Positions 47,312-56,554 of a stretch of 64,000 nucleotides of DNA are shown one piece after another (positions within the stretch are counted from its first letter, which is position 1; each line of letters opens with the position of its first letter). Below the pieces are notes generated by a model. That model did not search any database, was not told the origin of the DNA, and saw only the letters and a list, made by a program, of their open reading frames with translations. Source of the DNA: Candidatus Poriferihabitaceae bacterium (GTDB lineage: Bacteria; Pseudomonadota; Gammaproteobacteria; Arenicellales; Poriferihabitantaceae); the NCBI GenBank assembly GCA_965226545.1, contig OZ245364.1, positions 1,835,890 through 1,899,889 of the forward strand, written 5' to 3'. Position numbers and translations under genes: made by a program.

Positions 47312-50002
47312 ATGCTGAACGCGCACATTTTCATCGATGTCCCGCTCGCGCTTTTCGCGCGGGTGTTGTGCGCATTGTTGCTGATTGGATTGGTCGCTTG
47401 CGGCGGTGGTGGCGGTGGCGACACCAATGAGGCACCGACCGACCCGACACCGACCGACCCGCCGCCGACCGACCCGACACCGACCGACCCGGCGCCGACC
47501 GACCCGACACCGACTGACCCGACACCGACTGACCCGCCGCCGACTGACCCGCCGCCGACCGACCCGGCGACCTACGACCCGTGCACCGACAACCCATCGC
47601 CCGCATGGTGCGCCGGCAGTTATGCCGTCGCCGACATCGGTGCGCGCACCGCCGCTTTCGCTTCCCCGGATTCGCCGACGGTCACCATCGTCGCCGACCC
47701 GGCCGATTTCGCCGCCACTGTGTTGACTTATGAAACAGCCGAATACGACAAGCGGTACACCATCCTCGTGAAAGACGAAAATCGTTTGATTATCGACCGT
47801 CTCCACTTCGACAACCCGCGTCTTGGGCGCATCAAAGCCGCCTATGCATATTCGCGCGGGGCGACCGGCAAAGATGTAACGATAACCATCGTCGACTCCG
47901 GCATTAACGCAAACCATCGCGAGTTTGCCGGCGAAGGAAAACTGACCGTGCGCAACTTGTACGGCGATTACACGACGAAAGTAACCGACGAGTTTTACGG
48001 TTACCTCCTCCAGCACGGCACGGCGGTTGCCGCGATTGCGGCCGGCGTTCGCCATGGCGACGAAGAGATGCACGGCGTTGCCTTTGACGCGACGATTGAC
48101 TTTATTCCTTATGACTTATCGGCGCGTCCTTCATCCGAGCCCGAACCCACCGACCTCGAGAGAGCGGTTGGCTATGACTTTTTAATTAAAGCCGCCAAAG
48201 GCGACATTCTTAATTTTAGTTGGGGCGTCAGCCAAAACATCGCCGATGTTTTGCGCAGCGACATGCGCGACAAATGGGCGCGCACCGCCGCCGCTTTCGC
48301 GCAAGGTGATACGCCCGACGCCGATAAAAAAATCATCGTCTGGGCCGCGGGCAATTTTGGCAAAGCGTCGCCGGATCGCCTCGCCGCACTCGGTGTCGAC
48401 TTCCCCGAATTGCAAAGCCACACCATCGTCGTAATCGGTTTGGAAGTGGACGGCGTCGCCTACGGCGAGAACTTTGATGCGCGCGAACGCGGTCAATCCA
48501 ACTATTGCGGGCTCGCCAAAAATTTCTGCATCGCCGCCCCCGGCTGGCGCATTAAAACGGCGTTTCACAATCTGTATAACCCAACCGCCGACAATCAATA
48601 CCGGGAACAATCCGGCACTTCCTTCGCCGCCCCGATGGTTTCCGGCGCACTTGCCGTGATGAAACAATTTTTCCGCAATCAACTCGGCAACACCGAACTG
48701 GTCGAACGCCTATTCGCCACCGCCGACCGCAGCGACTACTCCGCAAGCGGCGGGGCCGACTACAGCAACGCCGACATTTACGGACAAGGAGTCGTCGATT
48801 TGGATAATGCAACCAAACCGCAAGGGATGGTCACGACCGGGATGCCGGGCGATAAAGATTCGATGCCATTATCACAAACCGGCTTCACCTTAACCGGCAA
48901 CGCCTTCGGCGCATCGTTTGCCGAATTAAGCAACATCGAAATCGCCGGTTTTGATGAACTCGGCGCGCCGTTTTTTATGCCGGCGTCTTTATTGATTGCG
49001 CACACCGCAAGCGACAAAACGCCGCCGCCGACCAAGTTGACGGCGCAGTTGCCGGACGGTGAACTTGCATTGCGCGTTGGCGCGGATAACTTGACGCAAA
49101 GCGGCTATGTGCAACAAGGCGGTTGGGTGTTGGGTTATGGCGAAAACCCCGCGCAATTTTTCGGCAACGCAAGAATGCGCGACAATGTAAACGATGCATT
49201 TAACTTTGCCGACAACGACCACCGTTTCAATCACATCAACATCGGCTTCGACAACAACAACGCATTCGTCTCGCCCTACTTATCCCTCGCGCAAAACGGC
49301 ACAAGCGCCGGCTGGCGAAACGACAATGGTCGATTCGGATTTGCATTCATGCAAGGCAACGCCCACTTCGACCAATGGCAAGACAACGGCGGCGAACGCG
49401 GATTGGGATTGCTGATGGATTGGACGACGCACACCAAACACGGCGCAATCGCATTGCAAGCCGGTGCGGTGCGCGAAACCGATTCATTGCTCGGTGCGTG
49501 CGCGAATCAAAGTGACTTAAGTGCGCAGACATTATTCGCCGGCATCAACATCGCCCATAGATTCGGCGATTGGCAAACCCTCGCAAGCGCATATTTCGGC
49601 AACACCGAACCAACCGCGCGCAATGCCTATTGGCAACTCGACGACACAATTAAAAGCGGCGCATTCGCCTTCGCCGCAAGCCGTCAATCGTGGCAAAGCC
49701 AACACGACCAATTGACGATTCGATTAACTCAACCACTGCGCACCGAACGCGCACAAGCGACGCTGAATATGCCGGCGGGGCGAACCAAATATGGTGAAGT
49801 CATCCATCAACAACACAACATCGATTTGTCACCGAACGGACGCACTCTGCAACTCGAGGCGGCGTATCAAACGCCGGTTGCGATTAAAAGTAAAAGTGAC
49901 AGTACCGTGCAAACCGCCATCGGCGTCGAGCGACATCCGATGCACGATGCTGCGCGCGATTCGCGGTGGTATGTGCGGCTGGGGGTTGAGACGCGGTTTT
50001 GA
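47312..50002 (+). CDS. S8 serine protease lipoprotein/autotransporter-like, paralog 4
   Basis: Lipobox LVAC, G-run, then a (PTDPx)n linker; ITIVDSG, QHGTAVAA, WAAGNFG, SGTSFAAPMVSG. Ends ...WYVRLGVETRF. Confidence 0.8.
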   Translation: MLNAHIFIDVPLALFARVLCALLLIGLVACGGGGGGDTNEAPTDPTPTDPPPTDPTPTDPAPTDPTPTDPTPTDPPPTDPPPTDPATYDPCTDNPSPAWCAGSYAVADIGARTAAFASPDSPTVTIVADPADFAATVLTYETAEYDKRYTILVKDENRLIIDRLHFDNPRLGRIKAAYAYSRGATGKDVTITIVDSGINANHREFAGEGKLTVRNLYGDYTTKVTDEFYGYLLQHGTAVAAIAAGVRHGDEEMHGVAFDATIDFIPYDLSARPSSEPEPTDLERAVGYDFLIKAAKGDILNFSWGVSQNIADVLRSDMRDKWARTAAAFAQGDTPDADKKIIVWAAGNFGKASPDRLAALGVDFPELQSHTIVVIGLEVDGVAYGENFDARERGQSNYCGLAKNFCIAAPGWRIKTAFHNLYNPTADNQYREQSGTSFAAPMVSGALAVMKQFFRNQLGNTELVERLFATADRSDYSASGGADYSNADIYGQGVVDLDNATKPQGMVTTGMPGDKDSMPLSQTGFTLTGNAFGASFAELSNIEIAGFDELGAPFFMPASLLIAHTASDKTPPPTKLTAQLPDGELALRVGADNLTQSGYVQQGGWVLGYGENPAQFFGNARMRDNVNDAFNFADNDHRFNHINIGFDNNNAFVSPYLSLAQNGTSAGWRNDNGRFGFAFMQGNAHFDQWQDNGGERGLGLLMDWTTHTKHGAIALQAGAVRETDSLLGACANQSDLSAQTLFAGINIAHRFGDWQTLASAYFGNTEPTARNAYWQLDDTIKSGAFAFAASRQSWQSQHDQLTIRLTQPLRTERAQATLNMPAGRTKYGEVIHQQHNIDLSPNGRTLQLEAAYQTPVAIKSKSDSTVQTAIGVERHPMHDAARDSRWYVRLGVETRF
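47435..47572 (+). repeat. 15-bp tandem repeat (ccgaccgacccgaca-like, ~9 units) encoding the PTDPT/PTDPP/PTDPA linker in paralog 4
   Basis: accgaccgacccgacaccgaccgacccgccgccgaccgacccgacaccgaccgacccggcgccgaccgacccgacaccgactgacccgacaccgactgacccgccgccgactgacccgccgccgaccgacccg. Confidence 0.9.
49139..50002 (+). repeat. Partner copy of the 46352..47221 tract
   Basis: See 46352..47221. Confidence 0.85.
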
Positions 50003-50164
50003 GGTGGGTAACAAGTGAATTTCGTTTATTGATTTATATCAATTTACGCATCGGATTAAGGTTTGATTGAGGTGATTTTTGATTTGGGATTTATACTTTC
50101 GCCGCTTTACCTTTGTGTGCACTTCAATGTGCACTTAACTTTAATACTCTGTGGAGAATTTACA

Positions 50165-50536
50165 ATGTATGAAGTTTCCAAAATAAACGACCAACGAATC
50201 GATTTAACTTTCAGCGGGCGTCTCACCGCCGCTGATATGCAATCGATGTTGGATGAATTGTTGCCGCTTGCCGAAAGTTGCCAACACGCCGCATTGATTT
50301 GTCGGCTGAAGGAGTTCAACTTCCCGACCATGGGCGCAATTGCGGTCGAGTTGTCGCATCTGCCGAAGTTGTTAAAACTGCTGCATAAGTTTGACCGTTG
50401 CGCAGTGCTGGCGGATGAAAACTGGGTAAAAATCGGCGCGACCATCGAGTCGTGGTTGATTCCCGGAATGAAACTCAAGGCATTCGAACACGCCAGCGAA
50501 GACGAAGCGATTAAGTGGGCGCAAGGCGGGAGTTAA
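50165..50536 (+). CDS. STAS/SpoIIAA-like small protein
   Basis: MYEVSKINDQRIDLTFSGRLTAADMQSMLDELL...FDRCAVLADENWVK...KAFEHASEDEAIKWA matches the pattern of SpoIIAA-like (DUF3478-type) proteins. The family is assigned from memory. Confidence 0.55.
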   Translation: MYEVSKINDQRIDLTFSGRLTAADMQSMLDELLPLAESCQHAALICRLKEFNFPTMGAIAVELSHLPKLLKLLHKFDRCAVLADENWVKIGATIESWLIPGMKLKAFEHASEDEAIKWAQGGS

Positions 50537-50614
50537 CTTGTTGGTCGGTTGGGGGGCGCTTGTTGCGCTGCTTTGTTGGTTACTTATTGGTTATGCTTTA
50601 ACTTATACTTGCTT

Positions 50615-50695
50615 TGCGATTCGCTATTCGCAATTCACGATTCACGATTCGCAATTCGCAATTTGCAATTTGTGATTCACGATTCACGAATCACA
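50615..50695. repeat. 7-nt period repeat spacer (attcacg/attcgca)
   Basis: gcgattcgctattcgcaattcacgattcacgattcgcaattcgcaatttgcaatttgtgattcacgattcacgaatcaca. Confidence 0.9.
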
Positions 50696-50743
50696 ACTCG
50701 TTAACAAGTTAAAAAGTTAACCGCCAACCACCCCGTCAACCCA

Positions 50744-51634
50744 ATGAACATCCTGCTCACCGGCGCCACCGGCTTAATCGGTCGCGCCTTGTGCAGTGCA
50801 TTGCGCGATAAAGGACATTCGCTTGCTGTGCTGTCGCGCCGCCCGAATCGAGTTGCGCAACTTTGCAGCGGCGCGCGTGGCATAAACTCGCTCGACCAAT
50901 ACACGCCGGCGTGCGCATACGATGCCGTCATCAACCTTGCCGGTGCGCCGATTATTGGCGCGCGATGGAGTGCGAGACGCAAACGCAGATTAACCGAAAG
51001 CCGCGTCGCCTTGACCGCAAAATTGGTCGACTGCATTGCGCGCGCACAACATAAACCGCAAGTGCTATTGAGCGGTTCGGCGGTCGGCTATTACGGCGAT
51101 TGCGGCGCGCGCATCGTTGCCGAAAGTGCACCTGCGGGTACGGATTTTGGCGCGAAGTTATGCGCCGATTGGGAACGCCAAGCGCATCGCGCATCGCAAC
51201 ACGGCGTGCGCGTCTGCCTGTTGCGCACCGGGTTGGTGTTGTCGCGCGAAGGCGGATTGCTCGCCAAAATGCGCCCGACATTTGCGCTCGGCTTGGGCGC
51301 GCAACTGGGCGACGGCGCGCAATGGATGAGTTGGATACATCTGCGAGACGAGGTCGACATCATCCTAAAATTGCTGACCGAGCCGCATCACGGCGCCTTT
51401 AATTTGTGCGCACCGAATGCGGTCACCAACGCCGCCTTCACCCGCGCCTTGGCGCGCACCTTGCGCCGACCAACCTTCATCAAAACCCCGCCGTTTGCCT
51501 TGCGCTTGGCATTGGGCGAAGCCGCCGAATTGTTGCTCGGCGGACAACACGCCTGCGCCGAAAAAATACAAACCGCCGGACATCGATTCGCCTATCCGCA
51601 ATTGACCGATGCATTGGCGGATTGCATTGGCTGA
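50744..51634 (+). CDS. TIGR01777/YfcH-like NAD-dependent epimerase-family protein
   Basis: MNILLTGATGLIGRAL... Rossmann N-terminus and a DUF1731-like C-terminus. Confidence 0.75.
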   Translation: MNILLTGATGLIGRALCSALRDKGHSLAVLSRRPNRVAQLCSGARGINSLDQYTPACAYDAVINLAGAPIIGARWSARRKRRLTESRVALTAKLVDCIARAQHKPQVLLSGSAVGYYGDCGARIVAESAPAGTDFGAKLCADWERQAHRASQHGVRVCLLRTGLVLSREGGLLAKMRPTFALGLGAQLGDGAQWMSWIHLRDEVDIILKLLTEPHHGAFNLCAPNAVTNAAFTRALARTLRRPTFIKTPPFALRLALGEAAELLLGGQHACAEKIQTAGHRFAYPQLTDALADCIG

Positions 51635-51790
51635 TGTGTGCGCGAAGTCGAGGTGACGATGGCGGCGCGATTATTCTTTACGCGCCACAGTGCGCGCCGT
51701 ATAATGCCGCCATCGACCGCAATCATCTCGACCAATCGTGACCAATCGCAATCGACCGTCAACCCAACGCATCCATCGACGCACTTAATA

Positions 51791-52705
51791 ATGTCCACCG
51801 CCGCAGACGCCGTCACCGCCCGTTTGGATGCCGCCATCACCGAACAAACCCGCGCCGAATATGCGCGCGCCGGCGCCGTGTGTTTGCGCGGTGTGTTTGA
51901 GGAACGATGGTTGACGCAACTTGCCGCCGGCATCGATAAAAACTTCGCGCGCGAAACTGACGGTGAAACCGACGGCGAAAATGTCGGCGAGACCGACGGT
52001 GAAAACGCAGACAACAATGTCGACGAAACAAATTACCAACGCAACTACACCGCCGCCGGCAACCCCGGCGGGTTTTACGATGATTATTGCAATTGGCAAC
52101 GCATCGATGAATACCGCGATTTTATTTTGCATTCGCCGGCGGCGGCAATCGTCGGTCGATTAATGGGCGCGCAAAATGTGCGCATTTATCACGAGCATGT
52201 TTTGATTAAGGAACCGGGCACCGCCGAAGTGACTCCGTGGCATCACGACCTGCCCTATTACGGCTTGGACGGCAAACAACTTTGTTCGCTGTGGTTGCCG
52301 TTGGATGAAGTGCCGCAACGCGTCTGCCCGGAATTTGTCGCCGGCTCGCATGCCAACGGCGTGCTGTACTATCCGCGAATGTTTGCCACGCATGAAAATT
52401 ATGAACGCGATATCGACGGCTTCGAAACCGTGCCGGACATAGACGCCAATCGCGCGCAATACGAAATTTTATCGTGGTCGTTGGCGCGCGGCGATTGCAT
52501 TGTTTTCGATATGCGCGCAGTGCATGGCGCACCGCACACCATCGATTCCACCGCGCGCCGACGCGGCTTCAGTTGCCGCTGGCTCGGCGACGATGCGCGT
52601 TTCGCCACCCGCCCATGGCAAACCTCGCCGCCGTTCGAACAATTAACCCTCGCGCCCGGCGCGCCGATGGATGACCCGTTGTTTCCAATTGTCTGGCGGC
52701 AATAA
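51791..52705 (+). CDS. Phytanoyl-CoA dioxygenase (PhyH)-family Fe(II)/2OG oxygenase
   Basis: ...TPWHHDLPYYGL...LWLPLDEV...VFDMRAVHGAP... Contains an in-frame ETDGETDGENVGETDGENADNN low-complexity insert. Start chosen at the ATG at 51791. Confidence 0.65.
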   Translation: MSTAADAVTARLDAAITEQTRAEYARAGAVCLRGVFEERWLTQLAAGIDKNFARETDGETDGENVGETDGENADNNVDETNYQRNYTAAGNPGGFYDDYCNWQRIDEYRDFILHSPAAAIVGRLMGAQNVRIYHEHVLIKEPGTAEVTPWHHDLPYYGLDGKQLCSLWLPLDEVPQRVCPEFVAGSHANGVLYYPRMFATHENYERDIDGFETVPDIDANRAQYEILSWSLARGDCIVFDMRAVHGAPHTIDSTARRRGFSCRWLGDDARFATRPWQTSPPFEQLTLAPGAPMDDPLFPIVWRQ

Positions 52706-52909
52706 TCGCGGCGGGTCAATCGAGTTAAGTTAAGTTAACTTGCATCGTTAAGTTACGACTTATATGTTACGAAATTAAGTTGCCGCGTTAACTTATCTAA
52801 GTTAAGTTACAGTGCGCGCCGACATCGACATCGAAAACAAACCAAGTTACCCATTCACCAACCCCGCGCCAACACCATCCGCCTCATTACGCTTCGCCCG
52901 CTTATTCCC

Positions 52910-54142
52910 TTGTTGTTTGCCGCGTCGATTTTGCTCGGCGGCAACGGCTTGCTTGGCACCTTAATCGCCCTGCGCGGCAATCTCGAAGGCTTTTCCACCG
53001 ACACGGTCGGCGCGCTTGGCGCGTGTTATTTTGTCGGGTTTTTCGTCGCCTGCTTTAACGCCGCGCGATTAATTCGATCGATTGGCCACGCGCGCGCATT
53101 TGCGGCGTTGGCCGCGACCGGGGCGATTGTGCCGTTGGTGATGGCGATGACGGTTAATCCATTGGTGTGGATGGTGGCGCGCGCCGTCAGCGGGTTTTGT
53201 TTTTCGGCGTTGTTGATGGTGATTGAAAGTTGGATTAACGCCAACTCGGCCAACGCCGACCGCGGGCGCGTGCTCGGCGTGTATCGCATCGTCGATTTGT
53301 TGTCGGTGACCGGCATGCAGTTTTTAATTCCAGCGGTCGGCGTCGGCGGGTATCAAATTTTTTCGCTGGTCAGTTTGATGTATTGCCTGTCGCTGTTGCC
53401 GGTGGCGTTATCCAACCGCGCGCGTCCGCGTCCGCCGGATAATCTTAAACTCAACTTGCCGGTCATTTGGCGCATCTCGCCGCTGGCGTGTTTAACTTCG
53501 CTCGCCATCGGCTTAACCAATTCGGCGTTTCGTTTGGTCGGTCCGTTGTACGGCATCGAAATCGGCTTAAGCACCGGCGCGATTGTGGTGTTTATGACGC
53601 TCGGCATTTTCGGCGGCGCGACGTTGCAATATCCGTTCGGTTATATGTCGGATAAATTCGGTCGCCGCAAAACCGTGCTCATCGCCACGCTCGGCGCGAT
53701 GTGCGCGGCAATGTTCATCGCCGCGCAATCGTTCAGCGCAATGTGGCCGGTGTATGCCGGGGTGTTTTTCTTCGGCGGCTGCGCCCTGCCGCTGTATTCC
53801 CTCGCCGCCGCCCACGCCAACGACCGCGCAAAGCATGGTCAATATGTGTTGGTCTCAGCCGGCTTAACTTTTTTCTTCACGGTCGGCGCGATTGTCGGAC
53901 CGTATGCGGCGTCGTTGGTGATTAAACATTTCAGCGCGCCGGCGTTTTTTGTCTACACCTGCGCGGTGCATTTGTCGCTCGCGGCGGTTGTGGTGGTGCG
54001 CTTAAAACGCCGCGCCTCCGTGCCGGCGGAACAACGTTCGACCTTTGTTGCATTGTTAAAAACTTCGCCGATGTTTTCGCGCATGGCGCGTAAGGTGAGT
54101 GAGGGCGATGGTAAAGGTGATGGCGGGAGGAAGGGCGGATGA
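52910..54142 (+). CDS. MFS transporter
   Basis: About 12 hydrophobic helices. The only canonical start in frame is TTG at 52910. Confidence 0.75.
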   Translation: MLFAASILLGGNGLLGTLIALRGNLEGFSTDTVGALGACYFVGFFVACFNAARLIRSIGHARAFAALAATGAIVPLVMAMTVNPLVWMVARAVSGFCFSALLMVIESWINANSANADRGRVLGVYRIVDLLSVTGMQFLIPAVGVGGYQIFSLVSLMYCLSLLPVALSNRARPRPPDNLKLNLPVIWRISPLACLTSLAIGLTNSAFRLVGPLYGIEIGLSTGAIVVFMTLGIFGGATLQYPFGYMSDKFGRRKTVLIATLGAMCAAMFIAAQSFSAMWPVYAGVFFFGGCALPLYSLAAAHANDRAKHGQYVLVSAGLTFFFTVGAIVGPYAASLVIKHFSAPAFFVYTCAVHLSLAAVVVVRLKRRASVPAEQRSTFVALLKTSPMFSRMARKVSEGDGKGDGGRKGG

Positions 54143-54702
54143 GAAATCCGGCGTTGGATAAACTTAAAGTCACTTTGAAAAAAGGTGATGAACCGTTGCT
54201 TGACGAAAACGGTCGGACGCTTGACGCCAATGTGCTGTCGTTTTGGCAATGGACGGGGTCGGATTTAATTAACAATGCTTGGCGCGGCGTGTTGGCTGAA
54301 TATATTGTCGCGCTGGCGGTCGATTGCGACAATCAACCGCGTGAGGAATGGGCGGAGGTCGATTTAACGATGGAGCATTGTGGACAAGAAATTACAATGG
54401 AAGTTAAGTCGTCCGCGTTTGTGCAAACTTGGCAACAAGACAAACTTTTTGCGGTTAAATTTTTAATCGGTTTGAGTAAAAAAGAACCGAAAGCCGATGT
54501 ATACGTGTTTTGTTTACTTGCGCACCAAGACGCGGATGTTAACCCGTTAAATCTCGCACATTGGGAATTTTATGTCGTGCCGTCGCGTCAACTGCTTGGC
54601 ATGGAAAAAGTTGACCCGCAATGGCTTAAAGAAAACAACATCGATGCAACACAACACGCCAACCTTAAAGACGCGATTATCAAAGCGCATCAAAAAAATT
54701 AA
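54139..54702 (+). CDS. Hypothetical protein with a PD-(D/E)xK nuclease-like motif
   Basis: GVLAEYIVALAV...EVDLTMEHCGQEITMEVKSSA (D...E-x-K spacing), then ADVYVFCLL...WEFYVVP. The gene looks more A/T-rich than its neighbours by eye. Its ATG overlaps the MFS stop (ATGA), and its stop overlaps the convergent acyl-CoA synthetase stop (TTAA). Confidence 0.45.
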   Translation: MRNPALDKLKVTLKKGDEPLLDENGRTLDANVLSFWQWTGSDLINNAWRGVLAEYIVALAVDCDNQPREEWAEVDLTMEHCGQEITMEVKSSAFVQTWQQDKLFAVKFLIGLSKKEPKADVYVFCLLAHQDADVNPLNLAHWEFYVVPSRQLLGMEKVDPQWLKENNIDATQHANLKDAIIKAHQKN

Positions 54703-56372
54703 TCCCCGCCTTCCAACTCTGCAATCATCCCCGGCAACTTCAATCGCAAAATCTTCCCCGACGGCCCCTTCGGCAATTCATCCATAAAATAAATCCGCTT
54801 CGGCATCTTCACCGCCCCAACCGCCTTTTCGCAAAACGCCTGCAATTCATCGGCGGTGCATCGATGCCCTTCGCGCAAGGCGACGCAGGCGACGACTTCC
54901 TGTCCGTAGTTTTCATCATCGACGCCAACCGCCGAGGCTTCGAGAACCGCTTCGTGGCGATACAACACATCATCGATTTCGCGCGGTGCAATGTTTTCAC
55001 CGCCGCGCACAATTAATTCCTTTAATCGTCCGGTGATGAACAAATCGCCGTCGTCATCCAACAATCCCAAATCGCCGCTGCGGAACCAATCGTCGACGAA
55101 GGCGGATTCGGTGGCGCGCGCATCTTTGTAATAACAATGCAGCACATTGTCGCCGCGAATTGCAATTTCGCCGACCACATTGGGCGCGCACTCGACGCCG
55201 TGTTCATCGAGGATTTTAATTTGATTGCCGGTGCAAGCCGCGCCGACTGATTTTGGTTTGGGCGATGTCGGCGGCATTCCGTTGGCGGCGACTGTGCCGG
55301 CGGTTTCGGTTAAGCCGAGCGTTTCTATCATCGGCGCGCGGAATTTAACTTGCCATTGCCGCAACACCGAAGCCGGCAACGGCGCCGAGGCTGAGCGCGC
55401 AAAACGGAAATGTTTTAATTTTTCATCGTCGCCGAATGCAAACGATTCATCATCAAATCTGTCGAGCAGATAATTAATCATCGTCGGCACAACACTCGCC
55501 CAAGTGCAATGATGCTGCGCAATCAATCGCCAAAACGCGCTTGCGCTAAATCGCGGCGGCATCACCACGCCGCCGCCGCTGACCAACGGCGCGCACACTG
55601 TCACCATCGCGCCGTTGATGTGATACACCGGCAACACGCACAAGGCGCGGTCGCGCGCGGTTAACTGATGCGCATCGACAACATTGCGCGCGCCGCAAAT
55701 CAATGAGCGATGCGTCAACAACGCGCCTTTCGGCAAACCGGTCGAGCCGGAGGTGTATAACAACAAACCATAATCATCGGCGCGCGGCGTATCGTTTTGC
55801 GCGACTTCGACTTCGACTTCGACTTTGTTTTTACTTTGATTGTCACTTCGATTGTCACTTTTGTTGCCACTTGCACTGTCACTGTTACTGTCACTTTTAC
55901 TTTCACCGCCAACACGCGCAACATTGTCCCGCGCGGCTTGCCATTCCGGCCCATGTTCCGCCGAAGTTTCAATCAGCGTAATGTTGCGTTCAATCGCCGC
56001 CAACATCTCGCGCGCCTGCGGCAAATAGTTTTTCGATACAAACAAAAAATCGGCGTCGCAATGATTTAATACATAGCGCAACTGCTCCGGCCCGGCGGCG
56101 GCGTTTAGCGGCACAATGATTCGATTGCATGCCATCACGCCCAGAAACAACCGCACCGACCAAATGCCGTTATCCAGCAAAAACGCAATTTTTTGCCGCG
56201 CACCAACGCCCAACGCGCACAGATGAGATTTAATTTCATCGCGGTTTGCCAACAACTGCGCATAGGTCAACTCGGATGATTGCGCCGTGTCAACCAAAAA
56301 AACCGAATCACCACGCAATGAAGCGTGGTGTTCGATTTGTTCGCAAATCGTTGTTGCTTGGGGAGGGTTCAT
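54699..56372 (-). CDS. AMP-dependent acyl-CoA synthetase/ligase
   Basis: LLYTSGSTGLPKGALLTHRSL (AMP-binding motif), ...GDLG..., ...PKGPSGKILR. Contains an in-frame low-complexity insert ESKSDSNSDSASGNKSDNRSDNQSKNKVEVEVEV. Confidence 0.85.
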   Translation of the reverse strand: MNPPQATTICEQIEHHASLRGDSVFLVDTAQSSELTYAQLLANRDEIKSHLCALGVGARQKIAFLLDNGIWSVRLFLGVMACNRIIVPLNAAAGPEQLRYVLNHCDADFLFVSKNYLPQAREMLAAIERNITLIETSAEHGPEWQAARDNVARVGGESKSDSNSDSASGNKSDNRSDNQSKNKVEVEVEVAQNDTPRADDYGLLLYTSGSTGLPKGALLTHRSLICGARNVVDAHQLTARDRALCVLPVYHINGAMVTVCAPLVSGGGVVMPPRFSASAFWRLIAQHHCTWASVVPTMINYLLDRFDDESFAFGDDEKLKHFRFARSASAPLPASVLRQWQVKFRAPMIETLGLTETAGTVAANGMPPTSPKPKSVGAACTGNQIKILDEHGVECAPNVVGEIAIRGDNVLHCYYKDARATESAFVDDWFRSGDLGLLDDDGDLFITGRLKELIVRGGENIAPREIDDVLYRHEAVLEASAVGVDDENYGQEVVACVALREGHRCTADELQAFCEKAVGAVKMPKRIYFMDELPKGPSGKILRLKLPGMIAELEGGD

Positions 56373-56395
56373 TGCGTCGACCGCTATGGTTTTGG

Positions 56396-56546
56396 ATTAA
56401 GTTGAGTTAAGTTAAGTTCAGTTAAGTTAAGTTCAGTTAACTTAACTTAAATTACGTTGCGTTAAGTTAAATGAAGTTAAGTGAAGTGAAGTGAAGTTAA
56501 TCGAAGTGAAACAAAGTGAAATAAAGTGAAGTTCAGCGCACTTAAC
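56396..56546. repeat. gttaagt/gtgaagt short-period repeat spacer
   Basis: gttgagttaagttaagttcagttaagttaagttcagttaacttaacttaa...gttaagtgaagtgaagtgaagttaatcgaagtgaaacaaagtgaaataaagtgaag. Confidence 0.9.
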
Positions 56547-56554
56547 ACCCGCCA

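Noticed and set aside
46937-48073. 378-aa minus-strand ORF spanning the paralog 3/paralog 4 junction, with an Arg-rich repeat (RRVGRRRVSRRRVSRCRVSR...)
   Set aside because: It is the antisense reading of the PTD repeat and of GC-rich protease coding sequence. It has no start context, crosses an intergenic promoter region, and the plus-strand genes have clear catalytic motifs.
37445-50002. Diversity-generating retroelement or phase-variable shufflon acting on the protease paralogs
   Set aside because: No reverse transcriptase, template repeat with A-specific mismatches, or recombinase/invertase gene is present in the window. Homologous gene conversion explains the mosaic identity more simply.
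56396-56546. Possible CRISPR array or other regularly spaced repeat in the repeat-rich spacers (also 7684..7775, 61424..61640)
   Set aside because: The repeat units are only 6-15 nt, contiguous or irregular, with no 25-40 nt unique spacers and no cas genes in the window.
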